Shown: one piece after another, positions 48,609 through 58,100 of the stretch | Numbering within the stretch: the stretch's first letter is position 1 | Layout: every line of letters starts with the position of its first letter | The notes under the pieces: model-generated | Told to the model about the DNA's origin: nothing | Database searches by the model: none | The model's input: the letters and a program-made list of their open reading frames with translations, nothing else | Translations under genes and position numbers: made by a program | Assembly: GCA_964411655.1 (NCBI GenBank) | Contig: CAYPMS010000008.1 | Location: forward strand, 812 to 64,811 | Direction: 5' to 3' | Length of the DNA stretch: 64,000 bases | From: an uncultured Fibrobacter sp. | Lineage (GTDB): Bacteria; Fibrobacterota; Chitinivibrionia; Chitinivibrionales; Chitinispirillaceae

Positions 48609-50810
48609 CTACCATATAATCAATGAATCAGTACTGTTAATGCCTTCAATGCGTAACATTGAATTTATTCTGATAAAATCGTTGTCACGTAATGCATCGC
48701 GCTCGTTTTTCTGGAATTGCAGGAACCATCTCCAACTGCAGGTATCCGAGCTCAACACGGTTTCCAATTGCTGATGATCCCAGTGTACGACATTTACTAC
48801 TGCAGAATCCAGTGATTTTGCCGGTATGCACACACCTTTGCTTCCCAGAAAATTTACCAGCCCACGTTTTTCGGCTTCCCCCTCGTGTGTTATCAGATAA
48901 AAAGCATCATCCGAAGACATGGAATCCAGAGTATCTATCAGGTGATAGGGCGCCACCAGGGCAAACATAGTCATATTCAGATTCGAACTGTTGAGCATTT
49001 TTGTTTCAAAGTCAAGCTGCTTCTTATCCATTTTCCGGATATATCTCATCGCTTTGTATATGGGAAAATCATGGCTTCCCAGATCCAAATTCACCATTTC
49101 CTTTACTTCCCAGTCAAATCTGGCATTCAGTCTGAAGTCGGTGACAGCATCGATACTCATCTGTCCTATATACTTATCATAATCGGGATCTCGTAACTGC
49201 AGGTCATTTTCTGAAATTATCCTGGTACCTTTGGGAACATTCATTCTGGTGATTATAGCTACTGTATCCGGATATTGATTGACTACATCAGTTATATCGA
49301 TTTTCTGCCTGAAAAGGGATCCATCTTTCACACCGATAAACTTATCAAACAAACTGTCTTTAATACCTGGATTTCTGGTGTCAAAAATTTCAAAACTGAA
49401 GTAAACAGAATCGATGGCAGAGTTGGGGGGCATTTCGGTTCTGAGTCGGATATCGCTATAGACATTTTGCAGGATAAGTTTTCCCCTGAGCGAATCAGGG
49501 GCAGATTCACCCCATGGGAAATTAATAACTACTTTTTCGGTATCACTGGTAATTTTAATCGGTTTAACGACCCTGCCGCGAAGCTGCCTGTATTTAAAAT
49601 CGGACCGGATGGTAAAAATCAACGTATCGTCGGCACAAAGTGTAATAATGTTCCCACTTGGATTGCCGGTAGATACAGTATACCTGACCCAGGTGACAGT
49701 TTTTTGCAAAACCGAATCCCATTGCGTAAACAGACGTGACTGAGAAAAGTTTTCCTGACTAAAAGTCTGCTCCAGTTGGGGCGGTGCAATTACTTCTCCA
49801 CTGGTTATAAAACCGAAAAAATTCTCCATTGAATCGGTCCTGCTGACGTTAAGCAGGTTTTCGTACCGGTTATATGAATTTCGTTCTGCGAAAGAAGTTT
49901 TCCAGAGATGATCATGAACACCTCTAACTCTCAGTTCTACTCCGGTATGGTTAGTAACCTCGTAAATGAAAAAACCATCCATGATATCCACATAATCGAT
50001 ATCAACCGAATCGGTTATTTCATAGGGGTTAGAAAACTGTTTATTAAAGGAAACCAGATGATCATCAACTGTAAGGCTGTAGGCGTAAAGCCCATCTACA
50101 CTGGTTGCCATAGCTATCTGCATGGCTCCGGCAGTATTCTTTACTCCAGAAATATTGACCTGAACCTGATTTCTCAAGGTTTTTTTACTAACCGGAATCC
50201 TGATCACGGCAGTCTCACCAGCAATAATCTTTTCAACATTACCGGATCCTATACCAGCGATTTCCAGTGAAACGTCACTGATTTCGGCAGAAGAGAGATT
50301 GGTAAGCTGTATTTGCATGATGTTAGTTGCGGTATCATAAAAAACCAGTTGATAAACTTTATCAAATACAACCGGCGCCGAAACATTGAATGGTCCCACT
50401 GATGATATCACCAGTGTTTCTGCTATTTGCGGTGCATTAGATATAACCAATGGTCCCAAAGTCGCAACATAGATCTGATTTTTCAGTTTTTCTTCATGTA
50501 TCTTGAAACTGGAGGAATCCCGCTTAAAAATCGAAAATTCAAGAGTATCACCTATTTGCGAATCTGGCTCAAGCAGAGAAATGTCATCTTCCTTATATTT
50601 TGAGGCCGCATAAATAATATCCATACTATCGATATCAAAAAGGTTGTCCATTTCTTCAGCAATAACAAAAGACCGGTTAGTTATTGGTATTTCCATTACT
50701 GTTTTCCATCTTAAAGGCTCCTCATCTACCGGATTTGAACAATTAAGAAGAAAAAATGACAGGTTAAACACAATCGCGACAATCAGAAAAAAGGGTTGTC
50801 TGTATCCCAT
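48609..50810 (-). CDS. Large putative lipoprotein of unknown function
   Basis: It is 733 aa with a signal peptide and lipobox (FFLLNCS). The sequence is beta-rich and I recognise no motif. Its stop lies 19 nt upstream of the OmpA-family gene start. Confidence 0.6.
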   Translation of the reverse strand: MGYRQPFFLIVAIVFNLSFFLLNCSNPVDEEPLRWKTVMEIPITNRSFVIAEEMDNLFDIDSMDIIYAASKYKEDDISLLEPDSQIGDTLEFSIFKRDSSSFKIHEEKLKNQIYVATLGPLVISNAPQIAETLVISSVGPFNVSAPVVFDKVYQLVFYDTATNIMQIQLTNLSSAEISDVSLEIAGIGSGNVEKIIAGETAVIRIPVSKKTLRNQVQVNISGVKNTAGAMQIAMATSVDGLYAYSLTVDDHLVSFNKQFSNPYEITDSVDIDYVDIMDGFFIYEVTNHTGVELRVRGVHDHLWKTSFAERNSYNRYENLLNVSRTDSMENFFGFITSGEVIAPPQLEQTFSQENFSQSRLFTQWDSVLQKTVTWVRYTVSTGNPSGNIITLCADDTLIFTIRSDFKYRQLRGRVVKPIKITSDTEKVVINFPWGESAPDSLRGKLILQNVYSDIRLRTEMPPNSAIDSVYFSFEIFDTRNPGIKDSLFDKFIGVKDGSLFRQKIDITDVVNQYPDTVAIITRMNVPKGTRIISENDLQLRDPDYDKYIGQMSIDAVTDFRLNARFDWEVKEMVNLDLGSHDFPIYKAMRYIRKMDKKQLDFETKMLNSSNLNMTMFALVAPYHLIDTLDSMSSDDAFYLITHEGEAEKRGLVNFLGSKGVCIPAKSLDSAVVNVVHWDHQQLETVLSSDTCSWRWFLQFQKNERDALRDNDFIRINSMLRIEGINSTDSLIIW

Positions 50811-51141
50811 AGTAGTATCCTTTCTCTTCCAATAACCAATTAATTGGAGTTTCCCAAGTAATATAATATAGATATGTACACCCTTCTTCTATAATAAAAT
50901 GCTGTTATTTTCATAATTATCAGTATCTAATATGCCATAAGCCCTGATAAAACCATGATTAATTTTTATTATTGATAAAGATCAACATCCTACCGGATTA
51001 TTTTTACTATTTTGATTGTGAGAGAAAGAAATCAGAAATCGGGAACATCCGGTTTTAAATCAAAAATCTAATATCTGTCAGATCGGGTACGTTTTTTGAA
51101 ATCATCTGGATTTATTCTGTATACCAGAGGAGGAAAAATCT

Positions 51142-52203
51142 ATGCAGCACGGAAAACTTAGGATCATACTATTCGATGCCAAGCCTTACGACCAGGAGTT
51201 TTTCAATAAAATCAACCAGGATCCCAGATACGGCTATGAGATTCACTATATCACTGGTCATCTGACCGAGGATACCGTTGCCCTGACAGCCGGATTCGAT
51301 TGCGTCTGTGTCTTTGTAAATGATGATGTAAATGCCTCCATAATTAACAAACTGTATGAAAATGGAATAAGAATTTTAGCACTTCGCTCGGCTGGATATA
51401 ACAACGTCGATCTGAATGCCACTTATGGAAAAATTCATGTGGTAAGGGTCCCAGCTTATTCTCCCTATGCCATAGCCGAACACACAGTAGCACTGATGCT
51501 TTCTCTAAACCGCAAGATCCATAGGGCCTATATGCGCACACGCGAAAATAATTTCACTATCAATGGTCTTCTTGGATTTGACATGCACGGCAAAACCGCA
51601 GGAGTAATAGGTACCGGAAAGATCGGAAAAGTGGTTATCCAGATTTTAAAAGGTTTCGGCATGCGGATATTGGCTTTCGATGTTTATCCTGATTACAAAT
51701 TCGCCGAACAAACCGGTATCGATTATGTAAATCTGGATACCATCTATCAGGAATCGGATATTATTACGCTTCACTGCCCACTGACTCCTGAAAATGTACA
51801 CATAATCAATACCGATACTATCTCCAGAATGAAAAAAGGGGTGATGATAATCAATACCGGCAGAGGCAAACTGATCAACACCCGCGATCTGATAGCAGCG
51901 CTCAAAGAGAAAAAAATCGGTTCTGCAGGACTCGATGTATATGAGGAGGAGGGCGATTATTTCTTTGAGGACTTTTCTGCAGAACCAATCAGTGATGATG
52001 TTCTGGTAAGATTATTATCTTTTCCAAATGTACTGGTTACATCACACCAGGCATTTTTCACCCGTGAAGCTATAGAAAAGATCACTGAAACAACTCTGGA
52101 AAATATACGTATCTACTTCGAGCAGAATCTATTACCAAATGAGATCTGTTACCGATGCTCGGAGGGCAAATGCACCAGAGTTACTACCGGACACTGCTTC
52201 TGA
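51142..52203 (+). CDS. ldhA: D-lactate dehydrogenase / D-2-hydroxyacid dehydrogenase with a short Cys-rich C-terminal tail
   Basis: GVIGTGKIGKVV is the NAD-binding motif, and the catalytic-region pattern is MKKGVMIINTGRG...TSHQAFFT. An extra tail CYRCSEGKCTRVTTGHCF is present. Confidence 0.85.
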   Translation: MQHGKLRIILFDAKPYDQEFFNKINQDPRYGYEIHYITGHLTEDTVALTAGFDCVCVFVNDDVNASIINKLYENGIRILALRSAGYNNVDLNATYGKIHVVRVPAYSPYAIAEHTVALMLSLNRKIHRAYMRTRENNFTINGLLGFDMHGKTAGVIGTGKIGKVVIQILKGFGMRILAFDVYPDYKFAEQTGIDYVNLDTIYQESDIITLHCPLTPENVHIINTDTISRMKKGVMIINTGRGKLINTRDLIAALKEKKIGSAGLDVYEEEGDYFFEDFSAEPISDDVLVRLLSFPNVLVTSHQAFFTREAIEKITETTLENIRIYFEQNLLPNEICYRCSEGKCTRVTTGHCF

Positions 52204-52226
52204 TTTTGTTTTATGGAGCTGACAAA

Positions 52227-52257
52227 TTGTAAGCAGTATTTTAACTGCTGCTTACAA
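52227..52257 (+). terminator. Strong hairpin downstream of ldhA (no T-run)
   Basis: TTGTAAGCAG (52227-52236) pairs perfectly with CTGCTTACAA (52248-52257). Confidence 0.35.
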
Positions 52258-52636
52258 CTATCCTGGTCGGGCAAACAGACTCCTTTTAGCGAAAAGCATT
52301 CACCACTGGTTTTGTGGCCATAAAATTCTCCTTTCTTGTTACGTGAAGGGAAAACGCAATTTTTGTTCCGATGGGCATTACCCCAGAGGTGAAAAGTTTG
52401 CGTATCAAAGAGTCATCTCCGGAGAGGAATGATCTCTCCCCCTGGCACCTGCCTCTCCCATTTGCCCCTCCCCAAAAAAAAACGCCCCATCTCCTGAATC
52501 ACAGAAATAACCCTATCCCTGTTCTTATATCAGTTAAATTTCCTAAAATTTGAAAATCTTAGAAAAAATTAAATCTTAAAAGGCTACCACAAATCAAAGG
52601 TTTTTCCCGCCGCTATCCTGATACTATTTTAAATTC

Positions 52637-53506
52637 ATGCATTACGAAGGCCCAATAATCCGTCCTCCCAGCGAGGCTGATAGCATTCTTCTTCAGGTAA
52701 CTGTGGGTTGCTCCCATAACAAATGCAACTTTTGCGGCATATACAAGAATAAGACTTTCCGCATAAAAGATGATCATCAGATAGAAAAGGACCTCCAGTA
52801 TGCTTCCATTCATTTTCGCGAGAAAGACACAGTATTTCTCTGTGATGGTGATGCCCTGATAATTCCCTTTGCCAGACTGCAGGAACTTCTTCTTAATATT
52901 CGTAAGACTCTTCCATGGGTAAGAAGAGTGGGAACCTATGCCAACGCAAAAAGTATCGCCCGTAAAACTACAGATGAATTGGTGCAGCTAAAGGAACTGG
53001 GTTTGCGCATCATTCATATGGGGCTGGAATCCGGTGATGATGAAACGCTAAGAAGATGTGGTAAATGGGGTGATGTGTCAATGATGATCGAACAGGGACA
53101 GAAAGTCAGGGAAGCTGGCATTAATCTCTTTATCACCGTACTATTAGGACTTGCCGGCCCTCAACGCTCTTCAATTCATGCAGAAAAGACCGGGTATGCA
53201 CTTACCCAGATTAATCCAAACTACGTTGGTGCCCTCAGCCTTATCCCTGTTGAAAATACCCCTCTTTACGAGCAGATACAAAGGGGCGAATTTAATCTCA
53301 TGGGACCACTTGAAATACTCAAGGAACTCCGGATCATGCTTCAATTCACCGATCTTCGTCCCGGTTATTTTTACGCTAACCACGCATCAAATTATCTGCC
53401 ACTCCGGGCACGTCTTCCACGTGACAAGGAAACCGCACTGGCCATGATCGATAATGCTCTCAAGGGGAAGATAAAATTTACACCTGAATGGCTCAGAGGG
53501 TTATAG
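52637..53506 (+). CDS. Radical SAM protein (unassigned subfamily)
   Basis: The CSHNKCNFCGIY CxxxCxxC cluster motif lies near the N-terminus. GLESGDDETL is Elp3-type TIM-barrel sequence. Confidence 0.75.
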   Translation: MHYEGPIIRPPSEADSILLQVTVGCSHNKCNFCGIYKNKTFRIKDDHQIEKDLQYASIHFREKDTVFLCDGDALIIPFARLQELLLNIRKTLPWVRRVGTYANAKSIARKTTDELVQLKELGLRIIHMGLESGDDETLRRCGKWGDVSMMIEQGQKVREAGINLFITVLLGLAGPQRSSIHAEKTGYALTQINPNYVGALSLIPVENTPLYEQIQRGEFNLMGPLEILKELRIMLQFTDLRPGYFYANHASNYLPLRARLPRDKETALAMIDNALKGKIKFTPEWLRGL

Positions 53507-53582
53507 TATAGAGGAGAATTTTTACTCATAAGAAATAAAGCCGTTACTGCCATATTTCAGGCAGAAACGGCATATCCCCCAA

Positions 53583-54092
53583 TCACTTATCTTCATCAAC
53601 CGTCGAATAGCTGTTTAAGATTTCCCCGTAATAGATGGTATGATAATCCCTGTTGGGATAGAGATTTTTATAGGAATCAACCAGAGCGACTGGATCGATT
53701 GCAGATTTGTATACTATTTTGCATTCATAATGAATTCCAGCAATATCCAGTACAGGGGTACGCACCTTCTTACCAGGATAAATTTCCAGTTCACATTCTT
53801 TAAATTTATCGTGTGTCTTACCAGATTTTGTACCACAGAATTCCAGTTGCTTTGACATATCTGTCATGGGGATACTGACAGTAAATTCAGTTGTTTTTTC
53901 GATTATTTTATAAGTATAGCGGGAGTTCCGTACCATGATGGTAAACATGGGTCTTCCCCACAAAAACCCCACAGATGCCCACCCGATAGTCATAACATTA
54001 AGAGCGTCACCAGCCTGAACCGTTAAAAATGCACCTTTACGGATCTGCTCCATTACCTTATCGGCAACTTCCATATAATCAACCTGATGCAT
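53583..54092 (-). CDS. Flavin reductase-like (FMN-binding split-barrel) protein
   Basis: GAFLTVQAGDALNVMTIGWASVG and the roughly 170 aa length are typical of the flavin reductase family. Confidence 0.7.
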   Translation of the reverse strand: MHQVDYMEVADKVMEQIRKGAFLTVQAGDALNVMTIGWASVGFLWGRPMFTIMVRNSRYTYKIIEKTTEFTVSIPMTDMSKQLEFCGTKSGKTHDKFKECELEIYPGKKVRTPVLDIAGIHYECKIVYKSAIDPVALVDSYKNLYPNRDYHTIYYGEILNSYSTVDEDK

Positions 54093-54149
54093 ATACAGTA
54101 ACTCTCCTCCCGGAATTGTCTGTTAAAAGTATTTCTCTCAAATATGGCT

Positions 54150-54170
54150 GCCGGAAAAGGGCTTTCCGGC
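54150..54170. terminator. Short GC-rich hairpin downstream of ettA
   Basis: GCCGGAAA-agggc-TTTCCGGC. The flanking T-tracts are only weak. Confidence 0.3.
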
Positions 54171-54230
54171 TAATCATCTGATTAATATAGCATTTAATTC
54201 AGCAAATTCCAATCTAATAATAGGCACCGG

Positions 54231-55910
54231 TTACTTTCTTTGTAAAGGTTTATATTTCACTCTGGTAGGCTGCTCGGCAGTTATCCCCAGGCGTTCCTTT
54301 CTCGCTTCTTCATAGGAAGCATAATTGCCTTCATGCCATACCACAGTGCTGTTCCCTTCAAACGCCAGTATATGGGTGGCGATTCTGTCAAGAAACCAGC
54401 GATCGTGGCTAACTATCACTGCGCATCCTTCAAAGTCTGAAACCGCCTGCTCCAGAGCCTGCAGTGTCTCGACATCCAGGTCATTTGTGGGCTCATCCAA
54501 AAGCAGCACGTTTCCACCGCTTTGAAGAAGTTTGGCAAGGTGTACCCGGTTGCGTTCTCCTCCGGAAAGTTCCTTAACCAGCTTCTGCTGATCAGAGCCG
54601 CTAAAATTAAACTTGCTCACATAAGCCCTGGAATTTACTTCTGTTTTACCAAGAAGAATAGTATCCTGTCCACCGGTAATCTCTTCAAAAACCGTCTTTT
54701 CCCCATCCAGTGCATCCCGGCTCTGATCCACATAACTGAGCTTTACGGTCTCTCCGATAATCAGCTCTCCGCTGTCCGGTTTCTCCTGAGATGTAATTAT
54801 CCGTAATAATGTGGTTTTTCCGGTTCCGTTTGCACCGATTATTCCTACAATACCAGCCTTGGGAAGAACAAAATCAAGGTCTTCAAAAAGCAGCTTGTCT
54901 CCGTAAGCCTTACTAAGCTTTTGGGCTGTTATAACCGTATTTCCAAGACGAGGCCCATGTGGAATTATTATCTGAGCACGGGTGATTTTATCCATGGTTT
55001 TCTTATTTAGAAGTTCTTCGTATGCATTGAGACGAGCCCGCCCCTTTGCCTGTCTGGCCCTTTGAGACATCCGTACCCACTCCAATTCGGTCTTTAGCCT
55101 CCTCTGCCTGTCACTCTCCTCTTTCTCTTCCTGTGCCAGCCGCAATGACTTCTGCTCTAACCACGAACTGTAATTACCTTTCCATGGAATACCTCTTCCG
55201 CGATCTATCTCAAGAATCCAACCGACTACATTATCCAGAAAGTAACGGTCGTGGGTAACCAGAATGACCGAACCCTGATACTCCCTCAGATGCCGCTCTA
55301 ACCAGGCAACCGACTCTGCATCAAGATGGTTTGTGGGCTCATCCAGCAGTAAAAGATCAGGTTTCTGCAGTAGCAACTTACACAAGGCGACCCGTCTCTT
55401 TTCTCCTCCGGAAAGTTTACTCACATCCGCATCACCAGGAGGAAGCCGCAAAGCATCCATGGCAATCTCCAATTGACGATCCAGCTCCCAGGCATTGACC
55501 GCATCGATCTTGTCCTGAAGTATCGATTGACGTTCCAGCAGTTTATTCATTTCTTCATCTGAGAGTTCTTCTGCAAACCGGTTGGAGACTTCCTCGAATT
55601 CCTCCAGCAAAGCACGGGTCTCTTTGACTGCCAGCTCCACATTTCCCTTGACATCCAGATTCTCATCCAGTAACGGTTCCTGAGGAAGATAGCCCACAGT
55701 ACGGCCTGACTCGATCCATGCTTCCCCCTGAAACTCGGTGTCAATACCAGCCATGATTTTAAGCAAAGTACTCTTTCCCGAACCATTGACTCCAATGATC
55801 CCGATCTTTGCCCCATAATAAAAAGACAGTGAAATATCCTTTAAAACTTCTCTTTGGGGGGGATATACCTTTGTCATTCGATTCATGTAATAAACAAATT
55901 TTTCTGCCAT
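54231..55910 (-). CDS. ettA: Energy-dependent translational throttle ABC-F protein EttA
   Basis: The N-terminus is MAEKFVYYMNRMTKVYPP. Two ABC cassettes are present (GVNGSGKST and GANGTGKTT; LSGGEKRR and LSGGERNR). The start is the ATG at 55910, and the listed 55913 is a TTG. Confidence 0.93.
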   Translation of the reverse strand: MAEKFVYYMNRMTKVYPPQREVLKDISLSFYYGAKIGIIGVNGSGKSTLLKIMAGIDTEFQGEAWIESGRTVGYLPQEPLLDENLDVKGNVELAVKETRALLEEFEEVSNRFAEELSDEEMNKLLERQSILQDKIDAVNAWELDRQLEIAMDALRLPPGDADVSKLSGGEKRRVALCKLLLQKPDLLLLDEPTNHLDAESVAWLERHLREYQGSVILVTHDRYFLDNVVGWILEIDRGRGIPWKGNYSSWLEQKSLRLAQEEKEESDRQRRLKTELEWVRMSQRARQAKGRARLNAYEELLNKKTMDKITRAQIIIPHGPRLGNTVITAQKLSKAYGDKLLFEDLDFVLPKAGIVGIIGANGTGKTTLLRIITSQEKPDSGELIIGETVKLSYVDQSRDALDGEKTVFEEITGGQDTILLGKTEVNSRAYVSKFNFSGSDQQKLVKELSGGERNRVHLAKLLQSGGNVLLLDEPTNDLDVETLQALEQAVSDFEGCAVIVSHDRWFLDRIATHILAFEGNSTVVWHEGNYASYEEARKERLGITAEQPTRVKYKPLQRK

Positions 55911-56164
55911 CAATTAATCCCTGCTGTTTTTCTGGTGATATTAGAAATTCTGATACTTTCTTTGTATGAGTAGCCTAAATTAATATTTTCCAAAGGCCTT
56001 AAGCGAACCTAAATATGGTAAACCGTATCGGTTAACAATTTGGCCGCTTCAGCGAGAAACAGTTATATACGGACAGACAGATATTTAATTGTGAAGAAAG
56101 AAATGGCTTTTGGGGAGTTTTGAAGCGTTTATCCCATTATCAGCCAAAGAGCAGGAAAGCATTC

Positions 56165-56383
56165 TTACAGGTTTTTAACACTCCAGATTTCAGTCTCAAC
56201 CGACTTTTTAAGTATGTAACGTGTGGCATCATCAGCAAACACTTTAAAATAGGAGAAACCCGGACTGTACCATCTGTCCTCAATTTCCAGTATTTCCAGC
56301 CGTTTCTCCCCAATCCAGAAACGCACAGGATACTCATCATCCTTATAACCACTGTAGGTTTCCACTTTTATTTTCCATTCCAT
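56165..56383 (-). CDS. Small conserved-looking hypothetical protein (72 aa)
   Basis: It begins 2 nt after the stop of the BON gene on the same strand. The composition is beta-rich and non-repetitive (KVETYSGYKDDEYPVRFWIGEKRLEILEIEDRW). Confidence 0.45.
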   Translation of the reverse strand: MEWKIKVETYSGYKDDEYPVRFWIGEKRLEILEIEDRWYSPGFSYFKVFADDATRYILKKSVETEIWSVKNL

Positions 56384-56385
56384 AA

Positions 56386-57060
56386 TTATGCAGCTTTCTG
56401 CTGAACCTTAAGCAGATTCACTACATCACGTACTCCTCTGGTAAAACGGGCGATCCGGTATGCCGTGTGAACCTCTCTGAGATCATAAACCCTTCCGCTT
56501 AAAGTGACTCGCCCATTATCCACACTGACTTCGATTCTATGATGATCCAATTCAAAACTTCTCTGCAACGCAGACATAATATCCTGAGCAATAGCCTTGT
56601 CCGCATAAGTATGAGTGGGAACCACCACCAGCTCATTACTGACATGAACGACTCCCTGAATATCATAGGCAATCTCCTCTGCCAGCATCTTTTTCCAGTA
56701 TGTATCGGTTGTTCCCCGCAAAATTACAGTTCCCCTGTCCACAGTGACATCTATGCCGGAAGCCTCTACGTTTGGATTCCAAAGCAGACGATTCAGAAGG
56801 CGGATCTGAATTTCGCTATCTGAAGGCACAGAAACATTGGAATGAAATTTTAATGTCAGTCGGTCCTTAACACTCACTACTCCGGGAACCTGTAACACAT
56901 CCGCTTCAGCAGCCTGACGGGCAGCATAAGAAGGAACCGTACCTTCCAGAGTCACCTCCCCGTTATGAACAAATACTTCAATTGCTGCCATTCCGATCCG
57001 GTAATCCCAGGCAAGCTGGTCGATAACAACTCTTTTTATTTCATCATCTGTATAGGCCAT
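56386..57060 (-). CDS. Triple BON-domain protein (OsmY-like)
   Basis: Three repeats of the pattern (I)xVxVxNGxVTLxGxV...A....A...GV..V.N.L are present. The preferred start is ATG 57060 (MAYTDDE), with AGGAG 8 nt upstream. Confidence 0.8.
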   Translation of the reverse strand: MAYTDDEIKRVVIDQLAWDYRIGMAAIEVFVHNGEVTLEGTVPSYAARQAAEADVLQVPGVVSVKDRLTLKFHSNVSVPSDSEIQIRLLNRLLWNPNVEASGIDVTVDRGTVILRGTTDTYWKKMLAEEIAYDIQGVVHVSNELVVVPTHTYADKAIAQDIMSALQRSFELDHHRIEVSVDNGRVTLSGRVYDLREVHTAYRIARFTRGVRDVVNLLKVQQKAA

Positions 57061-57083
57061 GAGTTCACTCCTGTGTTTTGTAT

Positions 57084-58100
57084 TCAGGGCAGAATCGATT
57101 CGGACCAATAAGATCCCAGAACATTCATGTAATTAGCCCTTTCAAAAGCCTCCGGATTTTCAACAGAACTTCGTCCCATTACACCATGAAACGCCTCCAT
57201 AGATTCATATCTGTTTTCCTCCAGCCACTCAGCTATCCCTGCCAGTAGCCTGGAAATATGGTTCACCCCTTTCTGCAGAAGTGCAGAAGTCATCATGGAA
57301 ACCCGCGCTCCTGCAGCAATACACTTCAGGACATCTTGCACCGTGTGCACCCCACCGGTGACAGCAAAATCGATCTTTATTTTATCAAAGAGTAAGGCCA
57401 CCCAGCGTATCCTGAGTAAAAGCTCATCAGATGTGCTCAGATGCAGAACCGACTTTACTTCCAGCTTATCCAGATCAATATCCGGCTGATAAAACCGGTT
57501 GAAAATAACCACTCCTGAAGCACCGGCATCGGAGATTCTGCTTATCATTTCAGGAATTGAGCTGAAAAAAGGACCGATTTTCACTGATACCGGAATGGAA
57601 ACATTTCTGGCAACTTCTCTTACCAAAGTAAGACAGGTTTGTTCTACCTGTAAAGAGGAAATCGTGGGAGCGGCTGGAATGTTATAGATGTTAAGCTCGA
57701 TTGCATCCGCTCCCGCTTTTTCCATCTCACGGGCATACTTGACCCATCCCCAGACATTTGTTCCATTAAGACTTCCGATAACCGGAATATCTACCGCTTC
57801 TTTGGTTTTTACAATCTGCTCCATATAATCGGAAGGACGGAAACAGCAGGGTCTTATGTCCGGAAGATAGTTCAGCGCCTCTGCAAAATGCTCTGTTCCC
57901 TGTACAAGTCCCTCATCAAATATCAACTGCTCTTTTTTTATCTGTTCTTCGAAAAGCGACTGAAGCACTACTGCCCCAATACCCGCATCCTCCATCTTTT
58001 TCACAATCTGGATATGTGCACACAAGGGAGATGCCGAAGCCACCAGTGGACTTTTCAGCTTTAACGAAAGGTAATTTATCGAAAGATCAACCATTACCAT
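57084..58100 (-). CDS. Dihydroorotate dehydrogenase-like TIM-barrel protein (PFOR-associated family)
   Basis: The sequence is a PyrD-like barrel (LKSPLVASASPL, AIELNIYN, GVVIFNRF, VTGGV). Its start overlaps the PFOR stop by 14 nt. Confidence 0.75.
   Translation of the reverse strand: MVMVDLSINYLSLKLKSPLVASASPLCAHIQIVKKMEDAGIGAVVLQSLFEEQIKKEQLIFDEGLVQGTEHFAEALNYLPDIRPCCFRPSDYMEQIVKTKEAVDIPVIGSLNGTNVWGWVKYAREMEKAGADAIELNIYNIPAAPTISSLQVEQTCLTLVREVARNVSIPVSVKIGPFFSSIPEMISRISDAGASGVVIFNRFYQPDIDLDKLEVKSVLHLSTSDELLLRIRWVALLFDKIKIDFAVTGGVHTVQDVLKCIAAGARVSMMTSALLQKGVNHISRLLAGIAEWLEENRYESMEAFHGVMGRSSVENPEAFERANYMNVLGSYWSESILP

Noticed and set aside
52443-52458. TGGCAC in the long ldhA-downstream gap, as a possible sigma-54 -24 element.
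   Set aside because: No TTGC is present at the required -12 position. The following bases are CTGCCTCTCC.
52371-52553. A 60-aa Pro-rich ORF in the ldhA-downstream gap.
   Set aside because: It has no RBS, its low-complexity composition is driven by the C-rich tract, and it is not supported as coding.
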